64,000 nucleotides of DNA from an uncultured Chloroflexia bacterium (GTDB lineage Bacteria; Chloroflexota; Anaerolineae; Anaerolineales; RBG-16-64-43): the NCBI GenBank assembly GCA_963780865.1, contig CAWADT010000016.1, positions 27,793-91,792 of the forward strand, in the 5' to 3' direction. Below are positions 36,162 to 45,906 of the stretch, in pieces. The first letter of the stretch is position 1, and every line of letters begins with the position of its first letter. Under the pieces are notes generated by a model. That model saw nothing but the letters and a program-made list of their open reading frames with translations. It made no database searches and had not been told where the DNA came from. The position numbers and the translations under genes were made by a program.

Positions 36162-37436
36162 ATGCTCGATATCAACTACGTCCGGTCCCATCCGGAGGAA
36201 ATCCGCAAATCCCTGCGCCAGCGCAACACCGACGCGCCGCTCGACCTGGCGCTCGACGCCGACGCGCGCCGGCGGACGCTGCTGGGCGAGGTGGAAACGC
36301 TCAAAGCGGAACGCAACGCCGCGAGCAAGGAAATTAGCAAGCTAAAGGATTCGACCGAGCGCGAATCTAAAATCGCCGAGATGAAAAAGGTCGGCGACCG
36401 GGTGGCGGCGCTGGACGAGGAAGTGCGCCAAGTCGAGGACGAGCTGCACCGGGCTCTTTCCGCGATCCCCAACCTGCCCGACCCGCGCACCCCCATCGGC
36501 CGCGACGAAAGCGAAAACGTCGTTTTGCGGACCGCGGGGGAAATAAAACAATTTTCCTTCGAACCCAAGGCGCACTGGGACCTGGGGCCGGCGCTGGGGA
36601 TCATCAACTTCGAACAGGGCGCGCGGATGACCGGCACGCGCTTTTACGTCCTGCACGGCGCGGGGGCGCGGCTGCAGCGCGCGCTGATTTCCTGGATGGT
36701 CGACCTGCACGTCCGCCAAGGATACCGGGAAGTGTACCCGCCTTTCATGGTGCGCGGCGACGCGCTGTTCGCCGCGGGCCAGCTCCCGAAGTTCGCCGAC
36801 AACCTCTACCACGACGCGGAAGAGGATCTGTGGATGGTGCCCACCGCCGAGGTGCCGCTGACCAATTTGCACGCCGGCGAAATTCTGGAAGCGGACCGGC
36901 TCCCGCTGTGGTACACCGCCTACACCGCCTGCTTCCGGCGCGAGAAGATGGCCGCCGGGCGCGACGTGCGCGGGATCAAGCGCGTCCACCAGTTCGACAA
37001 AGTAGAGATGTATAAATTCTGCCTGCCGGAAACCGCGGACACCGAGCTGGAGAAGATGCTCGCCGACGCGGAACAGACCTGCGCGGAATTGGGGTTGACC
37101 TACCGGGTGAAGGCGCTCTGCACGGGCGATCTCGGCTTCTGCGCGACGCGCACCTTTGACGTCGAGGTGTGGGCGCCGGGCGCGGGGGAATGGCTGGAGG
37201 TTTCATCGGTAAGCCATTGCGGGGATTTTCAAGCGCGCCGCGCCGGGATCCGCGTCCGCCGCGAAAAGGGCGCGAAGCCGGAGCTCATCCATACGCTCAA
37301 CGGCTCAGGGCTGGCGCTGCCGCGGACAATGATTGCAATTCTGGAAAATTACCAACAAGAAGATGGAACCATCGAGATTCCCGAGGCGCTGCGGCCGTTG
37401 ATGGGGGGAATGAAAGCGATAGAAAAAGAAAAATAG
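36162..37436 (+). CDS. serS: Seryl-tRNA synthetase
   Basis: The ATG at 36162 gives MLDINYVRSHPEEIRKSLRQRN... An N-terminal coiled-coil arm is followed by class II motifs (FRRE...GIKRVHQFDKVE; GSGLALPRTMIAILENYQ). The ORF track start of 36027 is an upstream extension. Confidence 0.95.
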   Translation: MLDINYVRSHPEEIRKSLRQRNTDAPLDLALDADARRRTLLGEVETLKAERNAASKEISKLKDSTERESKIAEMKKVGDRVAALDEEVRQVEDELHRALSAIPNLPDPRTPIGRDESENVVLRTAGEIKQFSFEPKAHWDLGPALGIINFEQGARMTGTRFYVLHGAGARLQRALISWMVDLHVRQGYREVYPPFMVRGDALFAAGQLPKFADNLYHDAEEDLWMVPTAEVPLTNLHAGEILEADRLPLWYTAYTACFRREKMAAGRDVRGIKRVHQFDKVEMYKFCLPETADTELEKMLADAEQTCAELGLTYRVKALCTGDLGFCATRTFDVEVWAPGAGEWLEVSSVSHCGDFQARRAGIRVRREKGAKPELIHTLNGSGLALPRTMIAILENYQQEDGTIEIPEALRPLMGGMKAIEKEK

Positions 37437-37487
37437 AGGGCGGTCGAAGTTTCAGCGTATCATATCAAACGATCACCAGATATTACC

Positions 37488-37511
37488 AAGCCCGCCTTCG
37501 CGGGCTTTTTG
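37488..37511 (+). terminator. Rho-independent terminator of serS
   Basis: AAGCCCGC-CTTC-GCGGGCTT followed by TTT. Confidence 0.65.
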
Positions 37512-37535
37512 CACTCGTTCAATGATTTCCGCTCG

Positions 37536-37640
37536 TCCATCCCATCCTCCAACCCCTTTCCCCTGCCTCCTTCTGTGATACGGCCTGTCCTCAAGCGAAG
37601 CGAGGGGAGAAGGAGGAAGGGGATTAAATGGTTCGATCTG
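37536..37640. repeat. CCCTTCC-type palindromic (MITE-like) element
   Basis: TCCATCCCATCCTCCAACCCCTTTCCCCTGCCTCCTTCTGTGATACGGCCTGTCCTCAAGCGAAGCGAGGGGAGAAGGAGGAAGGGG. Confidence 0.65.
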
Positions 37641-37693
37641 CTCAGGGAGGCCATATAGGGGTAGGAGAATAGTATGGTAAGGGAATTTAAAAA

Positions 37694-37730
37694 ATAAGAG
37701 CGGCTCAAACGAGCCGCTCTTATTTTTTTT
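37694..37730. terminator. Bidirectional terminator (serS side / FHA-gene side)
   Basis: ATAAGAGCGGCTC-AAAC-GAGCCGCTCTTAT is flanked by an A-run on the left and T8 on the right. Confidence 0.75.
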
Positions 37731-37754
37731 CGATTGTTCTCCCTCAATCTAGGA

Positions 37755-38327
37755 TCATCCACAAGTCGTGATCAGGCCGAAGATCGAATTGAACGGCGGC
37801 GTGCAGTACAGGTTGGCGCTATCGAAGAGGTATCCACCAACCAGAACGATGATGCAGAGAAAGATAATCACCAGGAAGCAACCAAGCCACAGCGGAAATC
37901 CCCCCTTCTTGGCCGGCGCAGGGGCTTGCGGCGCGTACTGCGGCTGGGGTGCGGGAGGAGGAGGCGCCGGCTGGCGCGTGGCCGCCTGCCCCCGTCCGGG
38001 CGCCGCCACCGTGGGCGCCGCTCCTTCGCCTTGGAAGGAGAGCATCACATTTTCGCCGAACCCCACCTCGTCACCGGGATTGAGCTGGCGCGGAGAGGAG
38101 ATCCGCTGGCGGTTGATGAACGTTCCATTGGTGGAGCCGAGGTCCTCCAGGAGGAACGTCGCACCGCGCCGCGAGAGGCGGGCATGGTTGCGGGACAATT
38201 CCGCATCCTGGATGACGATATCGTTGGTGGCTTCGCGGCCGATGCTCATCGAATCCATGTTGAGTTCGAACACTTTGCCGGGGTTGGGCCCCGCGCTCAT
38301 TACCAGACGATATTTTTCGCCGGACAT
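37755..38327 (-). CDS. FHA-domain protein with Pro-rich linker and C-terminal TM anchor
   Basis: FHA pattern is SIGREATNDIVIQDAELSRNHARL...LEDLGSTNGTFIN. It is followed by PAPPPPAPQPQYAPQAPAP and the TM segment LWLGCFLVIIFLCIIVLVGGYLF. Confidence 0.85.
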   Translation of the reverse strand: MSGEKYRLVMSAGPNPGKVFELNMDSMSIGREATNDIVIQDAELSRNHARLSRRGATFLLEDLGSTNGTFINRQRISSPRQLNPGDEVGFGENVMLSFQGEGAAPTVAAPGRGQAATRQPAPPPPAPQPQYAPQAPAPAKKGGFPLWLGCFLVIIFLCIIVLVGGYLFDSANLYCTPPFNSIFGLITTCG

Positions 38328-38456
38328 AATCTCCTCCTGGGATAGGGGATACTCGGAGTGTACAACCGCTTCCGCGGGAAGTCAAACGCGGAAGGGTTCG
38401 AGCGAGTCTATCGAGACCTGTCAGGTCTTGAAGGCCTGACAGGTCTATTGCCGACC

Positions 38457-41369
38457 TCAACGGAAGACCACCGAAACAATTTCGTGCCCCTTCACGGCAA
38501 AGCTCACTTCGCCTCCGCGCCCGGTCCGCAGCGCGCCGGTTCGTTCCTCCGCCAGGTTGGCCCGCTCGGCTCGGGCGAAGACGCGCCACGGCCGGACCCG
38601 CGCGCGAATGGCTTCGCCGGTTGCATTCCAACCGCGAACGAGGAGTCCGCGTCCGTCCGCGGTCCTTTTGATCGCGCTGATCTCGAACGCCGGCGGCGTC
38701 GCCTCCACAAACGATCCTTCCGCCGGAAGAGATCCTCTATGCGCGCCGGTTTCCGCCGCGCGCAGCGGCGATTCAAATGCGCGCGCCTCGCGCGACGCCG
38801 CGAGCCAATCCCCGTCGTGGGGGATGATCGCATAATCGAACGCCCACTCACCCTGCATCTGCGCACCCGGCAGCGGCAGCATCGGCCCGGCGTGGCCCGT
38901 GCGCGAAGGGAAGTCGTCGCGCGAGAGCCAACCCACGCAGCGCAGCAGGGTAAGCGCGAGCTCGCGCCCTTGCACCACCTCCACTTCGGGCAGGCCGCGG
39001 TTGGCGATCATCAGCCCCCGCCGCGAGGTCGAAAGGTCGGTGAAATCGCGCTGCGGCGCTTCCGGCCGCCAGCGCTCCACCCAGTCCGAATCGTCGGCGG
39101 GCGGCCGGCTCTCGCGCTCGACCACTTCGAAATGTCCGTCGAACCGCGCGACGGGTTTCTCCGCCGAGGCGTCCTCCCCAAACGGGAAGTGAACCCGCAG
39201 GCGGTGATCCAGCGCGCGGTTGACGACCACCGTATGGATATCGGCGCGCGGCACTCCGTTCACGAGGGTGACGCGGGTGGTGATGGGAATGCGCACGGTC
39301 GCCTTGCCGCGGTTTTTGCGGTCTGCGGCAAGCATGGCCGGCGCGGCCATCTCCAAATCCACCTCCAGCGTTTGTTCCACCGCGGCCGGGCGCACGCGGA
39401 CCGACCTCGGCCGGGCGCGGATGACAGAATCGCGCGCGGGGGGACAGTAGTTGTAACTGTCGCCGCAATCGCCCCCGTCGAGAAAACGGTTTAATCCGCG
39501 ATAGGTTACGCCGCTGCGCTTGTCCAACAGACTCAGCGTCCCGTCGGCGGCGGCCGCCACCCGGAAAAATTCGTTTTCGATCGCCGCCGGTGTCCGCCGG
39601 GCGGTCAGTCTTCCGATGAAATATTTTCCGACAGCCGTCTGTGAAAACCGTATTCCCATGGGCATAAGCGCGCGCGCCAGCGGAGGAAGGAGGATCGGCG
39701 CCTGAGGCGCTGTGATTTTGTTTCGCAACCGGAAGGCTTTCCAACCGAAGCCGGGGATCCTCGGCGCGGCAAATACCACCTTGGCCGAGGCTTCGTTGCG
39801 CGCCCGGATGTGGTACTTGGCAATCGTCGCATCGGCCAGATATTCTCGGAAGCCGTCGGTCGCGCGCCGCCAGGCCTGCGGATCCGGGGCGGAATCCTCG
39901 GCCATGACGGCGTCCACCCGCAGCGTATCTCCCTCGCGGCGGAAGCGGACATCCCGCAGCGAAAGATTCCCTGCCCGCCCTTCGGAAAGATTGCCGACGA
40001 TCCCGCGCAGGCTGGCGGGGTCCAGCACGACGTTGATCCATTCGGCCGTCGCGCCTCCCGCCGCCTGGTGGGGAATGATCACGCCGCGGGCGTCGGCAAT
40101 TTCGAAGGCTTCCCATTCCGGAGGCGGATGCACCTCCGCCTCCACCAGGTCCGTGCGCGGGCCGGAGGTGGGATTGAAAACTACGATCGCGTGCGGGTCC
40201 GCCCGCGTGTCGACCGAAGCGGCGAGCGCCGCCAGGCTCGCGCGGACGACCTCGCCGCCGATCTGCTCGGCCTGGGTGAAGCGTGGCTTCATCTCCTCGT
40301 GAACCTCGTCGATCGAACAACCGCAGATCGAATCGTGCGGATGATTTTGAATGAGCAGCCGCCAGGCGGCATGCAGCGCGCCGGAGGAGTTGCGCACCAG
40401 TCCGTCAAAGGTGGCATCCTTCCTCCCGACGAGCGACGCAAACGCCGAGAACGGCTCCGCCCAGCGCTCGAGCAGCGTTTCGCACTCGCGGTTGCGCTGT
40501 TTGATCCACATCCGGGAGGAAAGCACACCGGGGAGAAGGTGGTGGCGCTTGGGGGAGCGCAACTCGCCCGCAACCTCCGGCAGCTCGAGCTTGCGGGAGC
40601 GAATCTCGGCGCTCACGGCCGCGAAATATTTCGGCAGGGTGGAATGAATCAACCGGTCGCCTTGCAGCTTTCCGGCGGCAGAGCGGATCGCGGCGGCGGT
40701 GTCGGGCGGCGGCGCCATATGGTCCGTGCCGTGCATGAGCAGCAAATCATGGACCGCCGAATGCGGCCGGAGCGAATCCCGCCGCGCGGCGGCCTCCCGC
40801 GCAAACAGCGCCGGGTCCGCCGTGGGCAGACCCGCGGCGTTGTCGTACCCATCGCGCAGGTACGCGGCCAGCACGCGCGAGCCGTCCGGCGATTGCCACC
40901 ACAGCTCGCACGGTTCGTCCGAAAGCCCGCGCCGGAAGGCCGCCCATTCGATACCAAACCCGCGCAGAATCTGCGGCAACTGCCCAATATGGCCGAAGGG
41001 ATCCGGCGTGTATCCCACCGGCAGGCGCGCGCCGAATTCTCGGCACAGCCGCGCCCCTTCCAGCAAATTGCGAATCGTGGACTCGGGACTTACGAGGAAC
41101 TCGTCGGGCAGGATATGCCACGGACCGATGAGGATCCTGCCCGCGCGAATATAACTCCGGAGTTCCGCTTCGCGCTCCGGGCGTATCTCGAGGTAATCCT
41201 CCAGCACGATCGTCTGGCCGTCGAGCATGAAATATTTGTAGTCCGGATCCCGCGCCAGCAGATCGAGCAGGCCGTCGATCAGCCGGACGAGTTGGAGGCG
41301 AAAAGCCTGGTAGGGCTTGTACCATTCGCGGTCCCAATGCGTATGCGAAATAAGGTGAAGCGTAGTCAT
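38457..41369 (-). CDS. GH38 alpha-mannosidase
   Basis: The ATG at 41369 gives MTTLHLISHTHWDREWY... and has GGAGG upstream. The protein is about 970 aa with the HTHWDREW and GHIGQLPQI motifs of GH38. Confidence 0.9.
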   Translation of the reverse strand: MTTLHLISHTHWDREWYKPYQAFRLQLVRLIDGLLDLLARDPDYKYFMLDGQTIVLEDYLEIRPEREAELRSYIRAGRILIGPWHILPDEFLVSPESTIRNLLEGARLCREFGARLPVGYTPDPFGHIGQLPQILRGFGIEWAAFRRGLSDEPCELWWQSPDGSRVLAAYLRDGYDNAAGLPTADPALFAREAAARRDSLRPHSAVHDLLLMHGTDHMAPPPDTAAAIRSAAGKLQGDRLIHSTLPKYFAAVSAEIRSRKLELPEVAGELRSPKRHHLLPGVLSSRMWIKQRNRECETLLERWAEPFSAFASLVGRKDATFDGLVRNSSGALHAAWRLLIQNHPHDSICGCSIDEVHEEMKPRFTQAEQIGGEVVRASLAALAASVDTRADPHAIVVFNPTSGPRTDLVEAEVHPPPEWEAFEIADARGVIIPHQAAGGATAEWINVVLDPASLRGIVGNLSEGRAGNLSLRDVRFRREGDTLRVDAVMAEDSAPDPQAWRRATDGFREYLADATIAKYHIRARNEASAKVVFAAPRIPGFGWKAFRLRNKITAPQAPILLPPLARALMPMGIRFSQTAVGKYFIGRLTARRTPAAIENEFFRVAAAADGTLSLLDKRSGVTYRGLNRFLDGGDCGDSYNYCPPARDSVIRARPRSVRVRPAAVEQTLEVDLEMAAPAMLAADRKNRGKATVRIPITTRVTLVNGVPRADIHTVVVNRALDHRLRVHFPFGEDASAEKPVARFDGHFEVVERESRPPADDSDWVERWRPEAPQRDFTDLSTSRRGLMIANRGLPEVEVVQGRELALTLLRCVGWLSRDDFPSRTGHAGPMLPLPGAQMQGEWAFDYAIIPHDGDWLAASREARAFESPLRAAETGAHRGSLPAEGSFVEATPPAFEISAIKRTADGRGLLVRGWNATGEAIRARVRPWRVFARAERANLAEERTGALRTGRGGEVSFAVKGHEIVSVVFR

Positions 41370-41440
41370 CAATCCTCCAGCCCCTCTTTGGTCCTCCCGC
41401 TTGCCAAAGGCAAATGGGAGGACAGTGGTTTTCAGGGAGG

Positions 41441-42373
41441 TCAACTTGCTGTCAGCGTGGAAAGAATCTCCTCCCAATACCTAAAGATCAACAAATGGCT
41501 TTCGCCCTCCAGAAAACGGGCGCGGCAATCGGGCAGCAGGCGGGCAATCGCTTGCCCCATTCCCACCGGCGCATCGGGATCCTGCATCCCATGCCAGAGG
41601 TGAACCGGCATTCCAATTTCTTCCAGCGCAAATCCCCACGGCCGGGTCAACAGAAATCCCTCCCAGGCGTGCCCAAGCAATCCCGCGCGGAATGCCTCGC
41701 GCGTGCTGTCGAGGCAAATCTGCAGCGCGCCCGGCATCGCCAGCATTGCATTATCCGGATTGGCCGGGTTGCGATGGTCCGGGTGGACATATTCCTCCGG
41801 GTGATCCCGGCCGCGCCGGAAAATAAAATACATGGCCATTCGGAAGAGGGGCCAGGGCAGCCTGCGGCCGAGCGTGAACCCGAGCCGGTTTTGCAGGATG
41901 ATCCCGTCGAGCCCCGCTTTTGCGGATTGTTTTTGATTGATATCCGCAGGTGAACGCGGGGCGGGCGTACCGAGCGCGCCGACCGGGGCGAGGCCGGAGA
42001 TCACGCCTGCGAACGTCAACCGAATTGGAATAAATGCCGCGCACGCCAGAACGTACGGCCCGCCACCGGAATGGCCGCAGACCGCAAAGCGCGCCAGCCC
42101 CAGCGCATCCGCGAGCGCGCTCACATCCGCCGGCCAATCGCAAATGCGGCGGCCGGGCTGGAAGGAAGATCCCCCATATCCCGGCCGGTCGACCGTGATC
42201 AACCGCACCCGCATCCGCGCGGTCAGATCATCCAGCGGAGGACGAAAGATGCGCGAGCCGGGAATGCCGTGAAATAGGAAGACCGGCTGGCCGCGCGGAT
42301 CCCCATATTCGGCATAGGCCAGGCGCCGGCCGTCCTGTAGGACGATCGAAGAGTCCATTTGGAAGTTTCTCAC
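41441..42373 (-). CDS. Alpha/beta-fold hydrolase
   Basis: HG oxyanion motif (FLFHGIPGSR) and nucleophile elbow G-H-S-G-G. 310 aa. Confidence 0.8.
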   Translation of the reverse strand: MRNFQMDSSIVLQDGRRLAYAEYGDPRGQPVFLFHGIPGSRIFRPPLDDLTARMRVRLITVDRPGYGGSSFQPGRRICDWPADVSALADALGLARFAVCGHSGGGPYVLACAAFIPIRLTFAGVISGLAPVGALGTPAPRSPADINQKQSAKAGLDGIILQNRLGFTLGRRLPWPLFRMAMYFIFRRGRDHPEEYVHPDHRNPANPDNAMLAMPGALQICLDSTREAFRAGLLGHAWEGFLLTRPWGFALEEIGMPVHLWHGMQDPDAPVGMGQAIARLLPDCRARFLEGESHLLIFRYWEEILSTLTAS

Positions 42374-42382
42374 TCCTTCTGA

Positions 42383-42481
42383 CCCATCCCCCTACCCCTC
42401 CATTGTTAAATATACATTTTTGCTAATTCTTATCCCCTTCCCATGATGGGAAGGGGGAAGGGGCCAGGGGTAGGAGGTTAG
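42383..42481. repeat. CCCTTCC-type palindromic element (short variant)
   Basis: CCCATCCCCCTACCCCTCC...CCCCTTCCCATGATGGGAAGGGG...GGGGTAGGAGG. Confidence 0.6.
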
Positions 42482-42494
42482 GTCAGTCTCCATT

Positions 42495-45038
42495 TCACAA
42501 TCGCACCTTCTCCATAGTCAACACCCGCGCCTCCTCCATTGCCGCGGCGCGAATGCGGACCGGGAACCGGTTATGCAGCGGGCTGAGGCGCGCGCCCGCG
42601 GCCGAAGCCGCCCAGATCAACCAGACCACCGGACGCAGGCTGCCGGTCATATCGACCGCTTCCTTTAATTCACCGAGCGTCCCGTCGTCCCACCCGCCCG
42701 CCAGGCCGTAGAGGAACATGTAGACCGGGAACGACGGCAGGATCGCGATGAAAAAGATCAGCATACTCGTCACCTGATCCCCCCGCCAGAGCAGAACTGC
42801 GATCCCGCGCAGGAGCAGCCAATGCGCCGCTCCCGCCAGAAGCGGCGCGGCGATCGACTGGTAGAGGTAGATCTTCTGTGGAAAGCACAGTTTGTGGTTG
42901 ACAACAAACGCGCTCAAGCCCTTGGCCAGCAGGCCGATGAAGTAGGCGATGATCAGCGCGGGCACCTGGAAGAAAACCAGCAACACGAACAGCAAGAAGA
43001 TCCGCGTGGATTGCTCGCCGATAGTGAGCGCGGTTTTCAGGTAGGGCTTGTTCGACCCGAGCTGGACGATATCCCCCACCCACGAAACGTATTGAATGGC
43101 ACCCCAGAAAGCCAGCGGCACCACGTACAACGCCGAGCGGTGGAATTCCGGTCCGGTCGCACCGAGCAGAAAGCTCGGCGCCACCGCCAGCAGGACCGCG
43201 CCGATAAACGCGCTGATCAGCCCGCCCCACTTGTAGGTGATCGCTGCGTAATACGTGGAGAGAATCCGCTTCCCGTGCGAGACGGATTCCGAGATCGCCG
43301 CCATCACGCCGTCGGTGAGCGTTTGCAGCACCTGGTACGCGAACAGGAAGTTCTGCGCCAACACCCAGTTGCCCCAGATCTCAGCATAATTGACCAGCCG
43401 GCTCTGGGTGATCCAGATTTCCGCGGCCTGCCCCGCGGACCAGGCCGCCGAGGCGAGCATTTCGAACACGCCAAATCCGAAGCCCTTGCGTACGACCTCC
43501 CAGTCGAAATGCGCCAGGAACAGCACGCCGGCGTTGTATCCGAGCCGCCGATAGATCGCCAGCCCCAGGAGGAACGTAAATAACTCAGCGGCATACGCGG
43601 CGACCCCCAAGCCCAGCAGCCCGCCCATCGATCCGCCGAAGGCCGGGTGTCCCCGGCCCCAGGCGTAGAACAGCGCGACGAACACCGGCTGGACCAGGAC
43701 CGGCATCACCACGTTGAGCGCAACGTCGAGGATGCGGGCGGCATCCTGCCGCTGGAACCCCGAGAGCGTGTGTCGGAATATCTGGTAGAAGCCGGGAATC
43801 TGAATGGTCGCATGGATGATCACGCTCCAGGCGTAGAGCGCGTAGGCCGAGGAGGGCACCCAGGTGCTGGCGAGCCCGATCACCAGCGCCACCTGAATCG
43901 CTCCGGACAGCGCCTGCCACCACACGAACAATTGGCCGAATTGAATCCCCTTCTTCGGATCATGCACCCTATATTCCGAAAGGTATTTAATGAAAGCGAC
44001 GCTCGTGCCCATGTCGAAGAAGTACCAGGCCAGGTTGAAAAATTGCGTCACCCGCCCCCAAATGCCAAGCGCCTGGGCGGAGGGAAGGATGTACGTGGGG
44101 AGAATCAGATTCTGATAGATGATCAACGGCACGAACAGGATCAGTCCGAGCGTGAGGCCGATGAGGAATCCGGAAAGCGGCCGCTCGAAACCGACTTTTT
44201 CCCAAGCTTTGGTTTTTCCGGCGGCGTCGACGGGCTGGATTTCCCGAAGGGTGATGTGATCCAGCGCCTCCGGATGGCGCAAACTGTACCGCCGGACGAG
44301 GAGAAACACGCCGAACGTCGCCGCGATCAGCGCGGCCAGGATGGCCCAAAGGACGTTGCGCTCGGCGGCGTGCGGCACGGGCGATCCGGGATATTGGGCA
44401 TAGTCCTCCGGCGTCCGGCCGGCGGCGCGCGTGACGAGATGATAGATCAGAAAGTTGTAATAGGCCCAGTCGCGGAACTGAGGATTGTCGCGCGCTTCCA
44501 GATAGAAATTAACGACGAAAGTTTTTTTCTGCGGGATGCTCCAAATCAGCCAGCTGCCGTCTTCAAAACCGTTCACCAGCGGCTGGACGCTGGAGATCGG
44601 CGTTTCAATCGCAGCGCGTTCGCGCACCTGCGGCGCGCCGTTCCACACGATCTGCCGCCCGATGGGATCCCCGCTGGACGGGATGGCCTGAAAGCTGACG
44701 GCGGTATCCAGCCGCTCGAATTGCGCCGGGATACCCGTCGCTGAGGTAAAGGATTCCTGCGAGACGTCCGGCCCGAGGATGATGACTGCTCCCGCGCCGG
44801 CGCTCGTGCGCGCGGCAATCGCCGCCGGATCTGGGATCTCACCGTTAAGCAGCAGGACGTCCGCCGATTGGGGATCTGTGACGATGAGGAACGCCCCGCT
44901 GCCGGCCAGATCGAGCGCCGGCCGCACAGTGGAAACATCTCCGGCGATAAAGACGCGGATGGAATCCGAGGCGCTCGCGCGGGAGAGCGGGAGGAGAAAC
45001 CAACCCAGGAGCAGCGCCGGAATCAACCGGCGAATCAT
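42495..45038 (-). CDS. Large membrane protein: secreted N-terminal domain plus MOP/polysaccharide-flippase-like multi-TM region
   Basis: The ORF is open to 45203. The ATG at 45038 gives a classical signal peptide (MIRRLIPALLLGWFLLPLSRASA); an alternative ATG lies at 45086. The C-terminal ~600 aa has 12 or more TM segments resembling Wzx/MurJ-type flippases. The product call is tentative. Confidence 0.65.
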   Translation of the reverse strand: MIRRLIPALLLGWFLLPLSRASASDSIRVFIAGDVSTVRPALDLAGSGAFLIVTDPQSADVLLLNGEIPDPAAIAARTSAGAGAVIILGPDVSQESFTSATGIPAQFERLDTAVSFQAIPSSGDPIGRQIVWNGAPQVRERAAIETPISSVQPLVNGFEDGSWLIWSIPQKKTFVVNFYLEARDNPQFRDWAYYNFLIYHLVTRAAGRTPEDYAQYPGSPVPHAAERNVLWAILAALIAATFGVFLLVRRYSLRHPEALDHITLREIQPVDAAGKTKAWEKVGFERPLSGFLIGLTLGLILFVPLIIYQNLILPTYILPSAQALGIWGRVTQFFNLAWYFFDMGTSVAFIKYLSEYRVHDPKKGIQFGQLFVWWQALSGAIQVALVIGLASTWVPSSAYALYAWSVIIHATIQIPGFYQIFRHTLSGFQRQDAARILDVALNVVMPVLVQPVFVALFYAWGRGHPAFGGSMGGLLGLGVAAYAAELFTFLLGLAIYRRLGYNAGVLFLAHFDWEVVRKGFGFGVFEMLASAAWSAGQAAEIWITQSRLVNYAEIWGNWVLAQNFLFAYQVLQTLTDGVMAAISESVSHGKRILSTYYAAITYKWGGLISAFIGAVLLAVAPSFLLGATGPEFHRSALYVVPLAFWGAIQYVSWVGDIVQLGSNKPYLKTALTIGEQSTRIFLLFVLLVFFQVPALIIAYFIGLLAKGLSAFVVNHKLCFPQKIYLYQSIAAPLLAGAAHWLLLRGIAVLLWRGDQVTSMLIFFIAILPSFPVYMFLYGLAGGWDDGTLGELKEAVDMTGSLRPVVWLIWAASAAGARLSPLHNRFPVRIRAAAMEEARVLTMEKVRL

Positions 45039-45349
45039 CGGGGATCGAGCGGACGGTGATTTAATTTTTACGGCGTCGTCGGGCATTCCCGAATCGTACA
45101 GCCGGTTCCCATTCTCCGCAAATCCGGATGGTTCCTTTCCACGGTCTTCCGCCTTCCGAGGATCGGTAAATGAAGAACATCTGATTTTTCGGATTTCAGG
45201 CATGGAAAATACTTCCGGCGAGTTGCCGGTGAAACATTACTCCGGAACCTACAAACCTACGTAATTTGTACATAAAGCCTCCATAATCCCCAGTTATAAT
45301 TCCGCCTTATATGGTGCAGAAAATTAAGCTATTTCTTATATTTTTTCCC

Positions 45350-45378
45350 TTGACACATTATCAACAAATATTTATATT
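45350..45378 (+). promoter_or_regulatory. Putative sigma-70 promoter of the marR-ABC operon
   Basis: TTGACA (45350-45355), a 17-nt spacer, then TATATT (45373-45378), in an AT-rich intergenic region. Confidence 0.55.
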
Positions 45379-45411
45379 TAACCAAAGTTAACTAATAAAA
45401 AGGATTAAGAA

Positions 45412-45864
45412 ATGAGCGAAAGCGATCCCTTCATTACCACTATGCACGAAAGCATCCATGTGATCATGCAGCGTTTCACGCCGTATATCTTCCATTTTGC
45501 CAAAGAATGCGGCCTATCCATGCCGCAAATCGGTGTGCTCTTCCAATTGGATCATGGGGGAGCCAGTGGAATTTCAAATCTCAGCGACGATCTGGGCATC
45601 ACCAGCGCCGCCGGGAGCCAGATGCTGGACCGTCTGGTGCAGCAGGAATTGATCCTGCGCACCGAGGATCCGATCGATCGCCGGGTGAAAAAGATCGTCC
45701 TGACCGTGAAAGGCCGTAAGATCCTACAGGAAATCGTTCACATGCGTCAAGCTTGGATGGAGCAACTGGCAGGATCGCTTTCCACCGACGAAAAAGAACA
45801 GATTATCGCGGCAATGAAAATCCTCATCGAGAAAGCCAACCAAATCGATCGACCCGCGAAATAG
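45412..45864 (+). CDS. MarR-family transcriptional regulator
   Basis: 150 aa with a winged-HTH pattern (LSMPQIGVLFQLDHGG...ISNLSDDLGITSAAGSQMLDRLVQQELILRTEDPIDRRVKKIVLT). Confidence 0.85.
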   Translation: MSESDPFITTMHESIHVIMQRFTPYIFHFAKECGLSMPQIGVLFQLDHGGASGISNLSDDLGITSAAGSQMLDRLVQQELILRTEDPIDRRVKKIVLTVKGRKILQEIVHMRQAWMEQLAGSLSTDEKEQIIAAMKILIEKANQIDRPAK

Positions 45865-45906
45865 CGGACCGAATGCGGAAAATGTCGTAAAGGAGAACAT
45901 GCAAAT